A DNA stretch of 60,493 nucleotides, counting the filler, from Callorhinchus milii (Eukaryota): assembly GCF_018977255.1 (NCBI RefSeq). It is 4 parts of 4 records of this genome, joined end to end, with 100 filler letters (N's around TTAATTAATTAA, not from the genome) between each part and the next. Parts side by side here need not be neighbours in the genome. Positions count along the whole stretch, not along the records: positions 24,798 to 40,680 come from NW_024706063.1; positions 40,781 to 51,637 come from NW_024704789.1; 2 more parts are not named here. One strand, 5' to 3'. The notes under the pieces are model-generated. The model saw only the letters and a program-made list of their open reading frames with translations. It was not told where the DNA came from and ran no database searches. The first letter of the stretch is position 1. Every line of letters begins with the position of its first letter. This document shows positions 34,394 to 46,624 of the stretch, piece by piece. Position numbers and translations under genes: made by a program.

Positions 34394-35083
34394 TGCTGCT
34401 CTTCAGTCTGTGTGGTTGAGTCTGTGGCATCAGTTTGCTGATAACCCGCAGTGATTGTCGGCATTAGCGGAGCCACAGTCTCACGTCACCTCATTGGCAT
34501 CTCAGCCGCGTTTCAGTACAATAACCAATTGCTTTGATACAGCGGCTTTCACCAGTCACCGGGGTAGAGAGTCCTCTCACTCAGCTACTATTAACCATGC
34601 AAGCTATAGCGCTAATTAAAAGCGTGCTGACAGATGGACAAACAGCGGGAGCGTTTGCGGGACAGCTCTATCAATGGCAAGTTATGTGCATTTTGCTGGC
34701 TAGACTCCAGCAGTTCGCCCGACATATACTCTGAGGATCCCCTGCCTTGCCTCTGGCCAACGTTAGCCGAATGCTCTCTGAAAATAAGAACGAGGAATGC
34801 GGTCCTCCAAGAAGTGTATTGCTTTTCAACAATCTATCTCTGGGTTTTCCGTTTGTCGGTGGCATGCATGGAAGTATCAGTTATGTTTGGAGACCCTGAA
34901 TCACGGTGATGCCTTTTCTTAGTTGCTGTCCAAAAGAAAACACCACAGAGAGAATGTGGAATAGCAGTATTTTAAAGGGTTGCAATTCTATCCAGGGGAT
35001 GGCTTGGAAAGTCGTCTCACTATTCGCATGTAATTTTAGTGCAATTTTCGCAACGTCATATAACGGTAAACCAATAATTCTTC

Positions 35084-35414
35084 GTGGAGTCCTGTAGCTC
35101 AGTGGTTAGAGCACTCGCTTTGCAAGTGAGAGACCTGAGTTCAATTCCAGGCAGAGGGCGAACCATGGGCAAGTTTCCTTACTCCACACAGAGCCTAATA
35201 ATAATCCCTCCAAAAAAAAAACAATAATTAAATTGGTCATTTTCACTCTACGACTGTTTGTGGGACATTGCTGTGCGCAATTGGCTGCCGCGTTCGCCCA
35301 CAAATATACAGTCAATTCACTTTACAGTGTGTTCTGTGAAGCGCATTGGGACGTCCTCCGGACGTGAAAAGCGCTATATCAAATGCAAGGATTATTATTA
35401 TTATTATTATTATT
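35084..35414 (+). mobile_element. Young full-length tRNA(Ala-like)-derived DeuSINE-type element
   Basis: A box TAGCTCAGTGG, B box GAGTTCAATTCC, TGC loop; Deu-like 3' body tttgtgggacattgctgtgcgcaattggctgccgcgtt; L2-like tail and (ATT)n; near-identical to 46295-46624 and 53067-53393. Confidence 0.9.
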
Positions 35415-35424
35415 GTAATAATAA

Positions 35425-35620
35425 TGTGTCGAGATTCCCAGTGGCTTATATCACCTGAGGCTCAGAGTACAGTAACACACCCCGATGCCAGTCACTGTGA
35501 GGCCACAGACACTGAAGCCCCCCTCCCACACACTAAATCCACGCCTCACAATTATGTTGATCTGTTCTGAGCCCCAAAGGGCAATTTGTCACTATAATAG
35601 TTCACATTGCAACAATGAAT
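35425..35620 (-). pseudogene. Heavily decayed TCR V remnant with degenerate RSS
   Basis: IIVRR...FSVCGLTVTGIGVCYCTLSL resembles YIVRR...LSISELVVSDSAVYYCAFSL; followed by tcaggtg-atataagccactgggaatctcg-acaca, similar to the RSS spacer at 33376-33398; nonamer cut by a SINE tail. Confidence 0.55.
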
Positions 35621-36527
35621 TGAGCCAATATTGCCACTGGCAATTGTACATTCTTGTATTTACGTACTATTTACCCAGCAGTATATAGGAATCCGTTGTT
35701 ATTCGATTGGCGAATCACTTTCCGAGTTAATAATCCCTCCGAAATGTGTTGGTCACTGCTATCCGCCAATCGACTAACAGATGAGTTAAAAGTTACTGCT
35801 ATTTAAACAGAGGTGTGTGGAATAAAGAAACTTGCCCATCGTTTCCCCCACCGTGAGTCGAACCCAGGTCTCTCACTGTCGAGGTGAGTGTTCTGACCAC
35901 TGAGCGACCGGACATCGCAGATATAAACTTTGAATCAATATTGGTCATTGATTGGAACATTGGCACATTGAAATACCGAACATTGGTTTGTCAGCCTGAA
36001 ACTTTAGGAAACCCATCGCCAAGCTATAGAGACTCCAAATATCGCTTCCTCGCATCTCCTCATGGAAATCACTGAAATAGTCTTTTTGAATGGAATGAGC
36101 ATTCTCCTCCCTTATGGAACTGTGCAGTTTAGCTAAATCCGTCAATGATTAGCCGCAAGTTGGCGAGAACCAAGGCTTGAGGACCCCCACATTACGCTTT
36201 GGGGTAACTGTTGCTGTATAACCAGCTAATGCCACATAGTTTCCCGTTCACACCGCCAATTCGCAGCAACTTCTTTTTTGCAGTATATTTTGTGAAGCCG
36301 TTTGAGACATCTCGAAGTCGCGATAAGGCGCTACATTAAATGTAAGATTCACTATTAATTCGTTCACTTTTTCCCTACACGAACTGTTCCATCACATTTT
36401 GCTTGTGGTTGGCAATCAGCCGCGTGTTTCCTCTGAGAGACACAGGAGCAAAGTAAAAAATGTGAATTAGGTCAACTGTCAGCATTAACATCTGTGCTGA
36501 GATGAGACCCTTTCTCTCCTCTTTGGA

Positions 36528-36873
36528 GGTTTATGCACATTGATGTAGTCTGACAGTAATACTGTGTGTGTGACGGTACAGTAATGTTTGACCATGTCAG
36601 GCAGAGCCACGGGGAACACAAATAGAGTGGATCTCTTCCTGCCCATGTACAGATTTGGCGTTAAACTTTGCGTTGCAAATTCAGCAATGAATACATCCCC
36701 CTCAGAATCATGTCTCCTTGTGTACAGAGGAGGTTCTCTTGGATACTGACGATATCAGAATATTAAAACATTGGTGCAATCAGCAGAGAATTTGCAGCTC
36801 AGGGTTACAGTCTGTACTTCAGTAACAGACATTTCAACCTCTGATGGATCAACACCGACTCCATCTCCTGTCC
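36528..36873 (-). pseudogene. TCR V pseudogene (conserved Trp TGG to TGA) with CDR1 Cys and 23-RSS
   Basis: Acceptor gctatag; VTLSCKFSADCTNVLIF*YRQYP...PDMVKHYCTVT; RSS CACAGTA-23-GCATAAACC at 36528-36566. Confidence 0.85.
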
Positions 36874-37972
36874 CTATAGCCAGAGAAAACATGTTTATCA
36901 GTGTCATACAAAGCCCGGAGGTAAACCCACTAATTGTTTTAAGGATTAGGGTGAAAGACTTAACATCAGGCACTAAAAAAGTGAATGTAACATCGCAAAG
37001 GAATTAACAGCGCAAGTGTGCTGCCCTGTTATCCACAAAGCACATAGCAACTCTAATTTGCAATCAAAATATGTGAAGAGCTTTAAGTTATACTCTATAC
37101 CGAAAAACAGATAAGGACTGTTGTTCCTTCATCTCCAGGATTTATTTTCCATGCTGGGTTGTCAAAAATTCAGCCTTGTGCTCCAACGTAGGTCAAGTAA
37201 TACCCATTGATTATCTTGACTTCATCTACTGCGAGTAACATAATAGCAATGATTGCATTTGATGGAGTGATTGTACATTTTAATCTGGAGCGCACACCTG
37301 TGTCCTGCAAAAACAGTCGTGGATCAAGAAACAAAACTATTATTTGCCAATTAGTTTTGCAGCGGTCATTACCCCAGAAAATAATTTGACAGTCGAACAA
37401 CAAACGCGTTCTCACGTACTGCAAGAAAAACAGAGGCGCGAGTATGGAGTAAGGAAACTTGACCAACTTTTCGCACTGCCTGGGATTCGAACCCATGTCC
37501 TCTCACTAACGATTAAGGTACACGTCTCCACTGACATTAAAATATCACTTTAAAACAAATCAGTGTGAAAATGTATGTAACAGCATTTCAAGTACCCGCT
37601 GTAACAAACAAAAAATTGGATTAGGCATTTTTACTGCAAAATATACAGTCAATTCAATTTAACGAATAATCTGAGAAGCGCTTTGAGAAGTCTCAATGAC
37701 GCGCTGCGACAAAAAGTCAAATGGAAAGATTATTTTATTTGTTATTTTCTTTTTATTGCTGTTAATATTAACATGCGAAACTTCCAAAAACATTTATCAC
37801 AATCTTCTCTCTGTTGGTGAAGAACATCTCAACTATACAGTAAGAAAAGTATCACACATTTTAGCTGACTTGACAAACCTCAACAAGATGTGAGCTATGG
37901 TGGCATTTGGCAGAAGGTTTGTTACATTCTCTGTCGCTAACTGTACTGTTTCCCAGCTTTGGTTGTGATGAG

Positions 37973-38011
37973 GGTTATTGTACGAGGCTTCCTATGATGT
38001 GTATCACTGTG
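37973..38011 (-). other. 23-RSS of supporting V 2
   Basis: Identical to the RSS at 24928-24966. Confidence 0.95.
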
Positions 38012-38313
38012 GTGCAGACTGAGTGCACAGTGATACATAGCGGAGTCTGTCAGCCGCAGGTCGGCGATGGTTAAAACGCTGATTTTCTTGGCAGTGTCAA
38101 GAGAAGCAGAAATATGATCTCCAGTGGGGTTTCCTCCCTCTCCTGAGGGTTTTCTGTGGAGCAGGTATTTCAGTCCCTCGCCAGGGGACTGACGGTACCA
38201 GGAGACGCTGAAATCCTGTCCACAGAATCCTGAATATTGGCAATGTAAATTTATCCTCTCACCAGCAAAAGCAGTTTGTTCAGGCGGTGACTGGGAAACT
38301 GTATAACTTGATC
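38012..38313 (-). CDS. Supporting TCR-delta V segment 2 of NAR-TCR (leaderless, CDR1 Cys)
   Basis: 7 nt and 5 aa differences from 24967-25268; same cccgcag acceptor; SGFCGQDFSVSWYRQ. Confidence 0.9.
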
Positions 38314-39219
38314 CTGCGGGATGCAAATTACAGGTTACTTAGAATTATGGCATCATGGAACCAAACTCAAACACAACCCTTTCAGGCAGTGCATTGCAGA
38401 CTGTAACAACTTTCTTTGCAAAACAAAAATCCTCATTATCTCACCTCTGGATCTTTTACCACTTAGCATACATTTGGTTTATCTGGTTACTGAAACGCTG
38501 ACCAATGAGAATATTTTATGTTTATCTACTCTATCAAATCCCTTCGCAAATATGAACACTTCAATCAAATTTCCCCTCAACCTTCGGTCTCTAAGCAGAA
38601 CACTACCAGAGACCCGAGTATCTTCATTTGAATGAAGCCTCTCGCCGTGGGCATCATTCAAGAAAATCTCCTTCGAACTCTGTCCACGACCATAGCACTT
38701 TCCCCATCGTGTCCGTGAAAACCTTTATACTAAATGTAAGAATCACTGTTCAATCAACGGTAGAAAGAGACGAGGAATGGATAAATTTAGAGTGCGGCTC
38801 TGCACCATCCAACGTGTGGCTATTGCTGTGACACCATTGATATGATCGCTCATCAATGCAACGTTTAATTAAGCTTTTTTTATCTTATGCTTAGCCTATG
38901 ATCAGGGGAATGTTTTGCAGAGAATCAGGTGTCAGATTGTGCCGTTAAATCAGTGGGTTTACAGTTGAGGCAAATGGAAAGTTTCCCTTCTGTAAATGCC
39001 GTTACGTTAACATCGCTGTTGGAGAAGGTTCAGTCTCTGATTTGTTGCCAATATCAGTTTCTCTCTCAGTCTGTGAGCTGCTCATTGAAGCAAAGTACTC
39101 TCTCTCTCTCTCTATCTATCTATCGCTCTCTCTCTCTCTGTCTGTTTTTTTTGTTTGTTTCTCTCTTTCTTTCTTACTTTCTGTCATTCTTTCTTTCTGT
39201 TATTCTTTCTTTCTGTCAT

Positions 39220-39251
<32 letters not shown>

Positions 39252-39469
39252 ACTTTCCTTCTTTCTTTCCTACTTTCATTGCTTCTTTCTTTCTTTCTTT
39301 CCCTCCATCTTTATGTATCCTCTTCTTTATCTCTTTCACCCTTTCGTTCTCTCTAAATCGCTTTTCTTTCTTTCTTCAACTTTCATATCTCACATATTCA
39401 GAAATCGATGCGTACCAGCAAACTTGATATTAACTTTTATACATTTATTAAATGTATAAAATTAAATGA

Positions 39470-40262
39470 TATTACATTTATAGAGCGCCTTTCACGTCGG
39501 GAGGAAGTCCCAAGGCGCTGGACCAAGTTGGGTAAGGACCCGAGCAAGGAGGAAATGGACAGGGTGAGGGTTGGAAAGGGAGGGAGCGAGGAGGGGGGAA
39601 ATGGTGAGGGTGAGGGGAGGGAATGGATGGAGCGAGGAGGGGGAAATGGTCAGGGTGAGGGAGGGAAGGGAGGGAGCGAGGAGGGGGGAGATGGTCAGCG
39701 TGAGGGGAGGGAAGGGAGGGAGGGAGGAGGGGGAAATGGTCAGGGTGAGGGGAAGGAAGGGGAGGGAGCGAGGAGGGGGGAATGGTCAGGGTGAGGGGAG
39801 GGGAGGAGGGAGCGAGGAGGGGGGAAATGGTCAGGGTGAGGGGAGGGAAGGGAGGGAGCGAGGAGGGGGAAATGGTCAGGTGAGGGGAGGGAAGGGAGGA
39901 TCGAGGAGGGGGGAGATGGTCAGGGTGAGGGGAGGGAAGGGAAGGAACGAGGAGGGGGTAGAGAGTCGAGAGCGGAGCTGAAGGTCAAAGAGAAAGGTCT
40001 TGAGACCGGCCTTGAAGGAGGAAAGGGAGGAGGCGGCGAAGGCACTGGGGATGGAGTTCCAGAGCCTGGGGGCTGAGAGGCTGAAGGCCCGACCACCGAT
40101 GGTAGGGCGGTTGGGGCGGGGGACGTGGAGCAGACCGGAGCCGGAGGAACGGAGGGTATGGGCAGTTATGTCGGGGGACAGTAGGTTGGAGAGGTAGGAG
40201 GGAGCGAGGCCGTGAATGGCCTTGTAGGTGAGGATGAGGCTCTTGAATTCGATCCTCTGGTG
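39470..40262 (-). mobile_element. L2 LINE 3' end with an internal G-rich minisatellite expansion (about 39550-39960)
   Basis: atagagcgcctttcacgtcgggaggaagtcccaaggcgctg tail; ORF2 C-terminus homologous to 2461-3025. Confidence 0.85.
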
Positions 40263-40680
40263 CTCGGGAGAAGTTTATATAATATTACACATTGCAGCCA
40301 GTTCAGTTCGAAAGAAACCCCACTTCCTGGGAGAATTGTTGAGGATAGGGAGTTTTATCATTTCCTTTGACCCAAGATATGTTGCTTCTAGTAAACACCG
40401 GAATTTACAGTCAACAATTCCTCCGGGTATATCTCTTTGGAACCAATATCCAGACAAAGTTAGTGACTTTACAAAACATAAAATAAAAGCTGGTCATTTG
40501 AGGAACAGGCTTCATATTCGGAGCTCAGTAATCCTTTCTGCAACACAGAATGTCTTCTTCTTCATAATTGCTAATGTCGGTTGTAGGAAAGGCTCAGTTG
40601 TAAATAATTGGGAGCTGTCGTTCAGAATAATACATTTTACAAATTGACTTGAATAAAGTTTCATTTTAGTGCGAAAGAAG

Positions 40681-40780
40681 NNNNNNNNNNNNNNNNNNNN
40701 NNNNNNNNNNNNNNNNNNNNNNNNTTAATTAATTAANNNNNNNNNNNNNNNNNNNNNNNNNNNNNNNNNNNNNNNNNNNN
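40681..40780. other. Synthetic scaffold-joining spacer 2
   Basis: 44 N + TTAATTAATTAA + 44 N. Confidence 0.95.
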
Positions 40781-41132
40781 GGACATTTCAAAGAGCTTCC
40801 CAAAGTTTCTGTGAAGTGTAATGGTAAGCAAATGCAGAAACCACTTTACGCTAAGCAGTATCCCACAAATAGCCATGAAATAAATGACCAGTATTTCTGG
40901 AGATTGTTGGCCAGGACAGCGGGAGAATCTCCCTTTTCTTTTCATATAGTGTCACAGGACCCTTAATGTCTACTTGAATAGCCCAAACGGACCTTAGTTC
41001 AATGCCTCATCCAAAGAACAGCAGCTCCAACTCTTCCAGCCTAGATTCTGAGTTTATGATTACAATGTGGAGATGAACCCACACCCTTCTGACCTGGAGG
41101 TTAGAGTGCTACCAACTGTACCAAGCTGACAC
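40781..41132 (-). mobile_element. Ancient DeuSINE (SacSINE1/AmnSINE1-like) copy
   Basis: Reverse complement: gtgtcagcttggtacagttggtagcactct...ctttggatgaggcattgaactaaggtcc...ttctcccgctgtcctggccaac...tttgtggga, the Deu-domain pattern. Confidence 0.7.
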
Positions 41133-44100
41133 CAAATAAATGTAGATTGTGTCAGAGGAAACTCCTTCACCAGACGCACTTTTTGCTTTTCTTTAAATTA
41201 AGGATGACTTTTTAAATCGCTGTGTTTTAGATCTCAGTATACAATGGCTTCCACAATTAAAGGCAGTTATTGAATCTTGGGAGTTGCAATGATGAAGTTG
41301 TAATGTCATGGGAGCTCTTTGACTGAATTACTTGTTTATTTTAAAACAACATGCTAGTTACCTGTTTTTATTTGAATAGGATTTCAGAGTGAATTACTGA
41401 ACCGAATAAAACAGCAATGCACTGTTTCATAAATATGTGTAAAAATAACTAAGATTTTCTTTTAAGTTCTGCTGCTTCTGATTTTAAGAAAAATACCAAA
41501 TCAATCCTAAGCAAAACAGAGAAAAATGGCCAACGGTTCGTTGGATTTTTCTTTAAGAATGTAATTGAAAACCAGCATCATACAGTCAAGCCTGAAGCTG
41601 GACTGTAATTATAAAACAAATCGGACACACTACACTTAGGTCATTTTCTGCCATCTGTTTTCAGTTTCCAGATACATCAACGAGAACAATGATAGCTGAT
41701 ATATAAAAACTAAAGGTTTGGAATAAAGAGGCTATAACTGAGAGGGATAGGACTGCATTCAGTTAAGGATTAGCATTTTTGCAAACATTTAGCAGGAACA
41801 AATATTGCACTGCTATTTTCATTAATCTGCTGGAAGCCAGTTAAACTGAGATTGCGTCTGAGACCTACGGAAAATGCGGGGTGGGGGGATGGGGAGGTGC
41901 ACTGATAGGTGAGAAATCTTTTCATGGAGTGCTGCAGCTTTAACAGAGTGTGCAGAGTAGACCAATATGAAATGTCATGTACTGCAATTGTAGATAGTAT
42001 TATCTGAGAGGGAAAGAGATGAAAGGGAGGCAATGGCCCCCAGGCGGAGAACTCTCACCCAATACCTTGAACATGAGTCCCATTACTGGCCATTACGGAT
42101 TGGAACATTTGGATTCTCACCTTCTCCACTGAATCCTCAGGTTATATCAGAAAGAAAGAAGAAGCATGTACAAGATTCAATCAGAGGCATCTCCATCAGC
42201 AAGGCATTCATATTTTAAAACAACATGCTTATTGGAGGACTATCCTCTACTGTTAACCAGCCACAGACTTAAAAGATTGTACTCACTTTAGCTATACACA
42301 TGCACATCCACCTGAACCTCGAGGAAGACATTACACGTTGACATTCACCTGGATCTGTGACCCAATAAATACACTTGATTGTCTTTTCATGTGGATTTCT
42401 TGTAACACCCCCACAAGATTGAAGCTACTGCCTTGAGTGACCACATCCTGCCTCTCTAGGTTCCTATGTGTCTCATGAGTGGCGTCAATTGCAACCTATT
42501 CCCAAGATTTTCAAAATAGAAGTATTGGCTCCCTGGACACAGGATTCTTTCTCAGTAAAAAACAGGTGCATGGCATCTGCTTAACACATCCTCCACCCAC
42601 ACCACTCCCCCACCACACACACACACACACACACAAACAAACACATGCTAAGTCCTCATCTTATTTTGCACTGCAAGCAAATATTGTAACTAAGACAATA
42701 TACATGGACTCTTGGGAACTTTGCAGGTGCCCAAACCTCTTGTTCATCAATAATCTGCATATTATATATCTTCCTGTATTCCAACATTCACACCTTCAAT
42801 GCCAATTCAAAGAGCTCACCACCCTCCCCTGTAGTGATGGGCTTCTCCGTACCACAACCCCTCAATGGCCATTGGGGTTCACACTTTGGCCAGTTGAGGC
42901 ATTATATACCTTCCATGCTGGAGAAGTGACAAGGTTTTCAGGGCTTAGTGGACCCATTGGGACTCAAACCCACAACTTTCCAGTCTCATGTCTGGTGCTC
43001 AACCAACGTGACCTTGAATAGTTAGAGAAACATGTTTGATATACTAACACCCAATAGTGATAAGAAACGGCAGCATCTGGAATTGTTTTAAAGGAATTGC
43101 TATATGTTTGAAATGTCCTCAATGGAAACGATTGTGCTCAATGGAATTTGCCAAAGGAGACTGTGCTAGTCCCCAGGCCAACTCTTTGCATGGATCCTTG
43201 CAGTTTTAGCATCACACATATTGCCAGAATCTGAATACATGAGGGCACAAATGTGTGACTCATGGACCCTGAAAAGAAATCACGTTAAAATATTAAAAGC
43301 AGGAAGAATGAAAATGCACAGCATTTAAGAGGCATTGAAAGTGGTATCAAGCAGCAATTGCAGTTTGCCCTTTCATGGGAGAGACCTGCGTTTCTCTTTC
43401 AGACTTTGTGATTCCAGCATTTCCTGTTTTTATTTAAGCACTCCATAGGCCACAAGAAGCTGCACAATCATGTTCAGGTGGGGAAGGGAGCAGCGATATG
43501 GTGATATCTTTGGGGGGAGAGAAGCAAGGAGAATTATTATAGACACAATAAGAGTCAACCCATGACTGTTTGTGGGACACTGATGTGCGCAATTGGCTGC
43601 CTCGTTTCATCCACAAAATACAGTCAATTCACTTTACAGTATATTCTGTGAAGATCTTTGAGACGTCTCAACAACATGATAAAGGGCGCTATATAAATGC
43701 TATATATTATATTATATATAATAATAATGAGATGGTACTTTCAAATCTGGAATTGAGTTGCATTTGGAAGGACATGTGGCGACCTTGGATTTCCTGGAGA
43801 AATGCAACATTTACCAAGGAGTGTTCCTAGCACCAGAGTTTTGATTGATGAATCTGTGCTGGTTCTCTCTGGAAAGCTGTTAACAGAAGTGCTGACTGGC
43901 TGGCAATGCGCACTACATCAATGCAGATGTAATTGCATTTCCAAGCAGACTGCCTGATCCCTGGTAACATTTCAGTTTTGTTTGACCTTTTTGAAGAAGT
44001 TATTGTTGTCCCATTCGATTGAATCTGTCCCGGGTTTGATTGCTGTAATTTGTTAACAGTCTCCCTTTCAAGCTCGATCATTAACGATCTGGCTAAACCC

Positions 44101-44345
44101 GATAGTGAGCAATTTCTCTCACCTGTTTTCACATTAAGATACAAAGCCTCTTCAGATTTAATCGTGATAGAGTTAGATACAATATACATTTATTATTATG
44201 AATAAAATGTCCCGCTGAACCATCCTGATAATCCCCTAACCCGCAATCATTTTTCTATTTCTCTAAAATAATATTTTTACCTTTCCCAACACCAGATCTG
44301 CACAATCCCATCAATAATAACATGCTGTGGAGGGCCAGTGTGTGA

Positions 44346-44378
<33 letters not shown>

Positions 44379-46294
44379 GGAGTGAGTGCGTTTTCTGCAA
44401 GTATTAAATTGTGTTATAAATCTCCATCCTCTCCCAGTCGAGCAAAAATAAAAAAGGCGCCAAGTTATTTATCCGAAATACCTGTTACTGTATTAACATT
44501 ATTAGGTAACACCGCCTCAAGGCCACTTGTAATAGCGTTTCATGGAGATAGTGATGTTAAATAGTTTCTAAATATCTAGACGGACCTCGATTGCACCGGT
44601 ACCTTCCTAGTTACAGAACTAACTGATTTATACAAGTACAGTATTTGCATACACATTCTGCATGTTAATAAACTATTAGATAATAGTATTAGTAACTAAT
44701 AGTAACTATTAGATCTCCTTACCCGAAATCTCTCCTTGCAAACCCTAACAAGCGAATTCAGTTTTGCACCATTCACTTCACGCCGATGTAACACTGTGTG
44801 GATGTTTTTGCTTTTTTAAAAAAATAAATCCAAATTGCAACAATTCACAGCAAGTTCTTGCCTCCCTCCTGGAATAATTGACAGTAAATGTTCCTGTTTC
44901 ATTCAAAACTTCTTCCCCGACGCGACGATTTTCGAGGCATGCGCTAACGTCGACTTTAAAGAGTTTTCAATCTGATTTTAACATCATAAAAATCGCCACT
45001 TTCAGGGGTTTAGGGAGGTTATATCATCGAGGTCTGTGCTAATCTCTTTTACCCAATGAATGCAGCCAGGAAATTATGGGCGACCTTGCCATAGTCCTCA
45101 AGCGGGCATCGCTACCAAAACCTCTTAATAAGTGGCTGAATTGGAAAAGACTGAGATGCAAACGAATTGATATTATTGTGGTTTACATTCTGTCCCAATG
45201 TCCTACTTGTGGGAGTGAACGGTTTCCGAGCATTCACCAATTGACCGTAACAAATAAAGTCAGTGTATCATGGTCCGTCCCTATAAAGAAATCTGAAACT
45301 AATTATATATAATATATATCGTTAAAACACACACACACATATACACATGTATATATGCATATATATAATTTATTATATAGTATGTATATATATCATTAAA
45401 ACACACGTACACTGTATATAATTTTATATATATATCAATAAAACACATATATACTATATATACGTATATACAATATGTGTGTTTTATTGTTCGATGATAC
45501 AGCAAATATTTTACGAATGATAATCTCTATCACTGATCGCCCGACGACTTCAACTCGAGCTCCACATCATTACAGAATAATCTCACACCAGTTTATTATT
45601 CTACAAATACTGTATATTCTCAGCTCCGACCATTCAACGTGTTTAGTCCGGGCCAGGAACTGTATCTACAGGATTACAGACACTTAAAACATTTTTTTTT
45701 AAAAAGGGGGAAATCACCATGTCTGACAAAACAGAATATTCCAAGTATTAACGATAATTAAAATGATCAGATTGTGCAGCTTCACGAAAGAAGCGTTCAA
45801 CTAAAATGATGGTAGAAGTTTGCAAAAAGCGCTCTGAATTCTCGTTATAAAGTCCACACTAATTGGAATAAATACACTTTAGGTTCTTTGCACTGTTAAA
45901 GTAACAAATAATTGCATATGATCGCTCTCTATACCTTTTAGGGGCTTAGTAGCAGCTCGATTCGTATCAGCTCGAAATGAAACCTGTCTTTATAACTGTA
46001 GAAATAGCACCGCCGTAAGTAGGTACTTCATTCAATTCACATCTACAAAGCTTATCTCACAGCTTGCGGTATGGCATATTTGCCCACTCGTGTATCTGGA
46101 AATTATTAAGCAAAACTTTCTTTAATAGATTGCTCCAAGGGTATATAGATAATGGTGCATCAAAAAACCCGCATAAATATGTAACATCGTGGATGTAAAA
46201 TAACCAAATGCACAACATTTACAACCGAATTGAGAGACACTATTGCTGCTAATTGGTTCAAACCAATTGGTTTTCAAAGGAAAACTCCCCATAT

Positions 46295-46624
46295 GTGGAG
46301 TCCTGTAGCTCAGTGGTTAGAGCACTCGCTTTGCAAGTGAGAGACCCTGAGTTCAATTCCAGACAGAGGGCGAAACCTTGGGCAAGTTTCCTTACTCCAC
46401 ACAGAGCCTAATAATAATCCCTCCAAAACCAAAAACAATAATAAATTGGTCATTTTCAATCTACGACTGTTTGTGGGACATTGCTGTGCGCAATTGGCTG
46501 CCGCGTTCGCCCACAAATATACAGTTAATTCACTTTACAGTGTGTTCTGTGAAGCGCTTTGGGACGTCCTCCCGACGTGAAAAGCGCTATATCAAATGCA
46601 AGGATTATAATTATTATTATTATT
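46295..46624 (+). mobile_element. Young full-length tRNA/Deu SINE
   Basis: Near-identical to 35084-35414. Confidence 0.9.

Noticed and set aside
35086-35160. tRNA-Ala(TGC) gene (also 46297 and 53320-53391)
   Set aside because: No proper acceptor stem or terminator; it continues directly into the SINE body and tail
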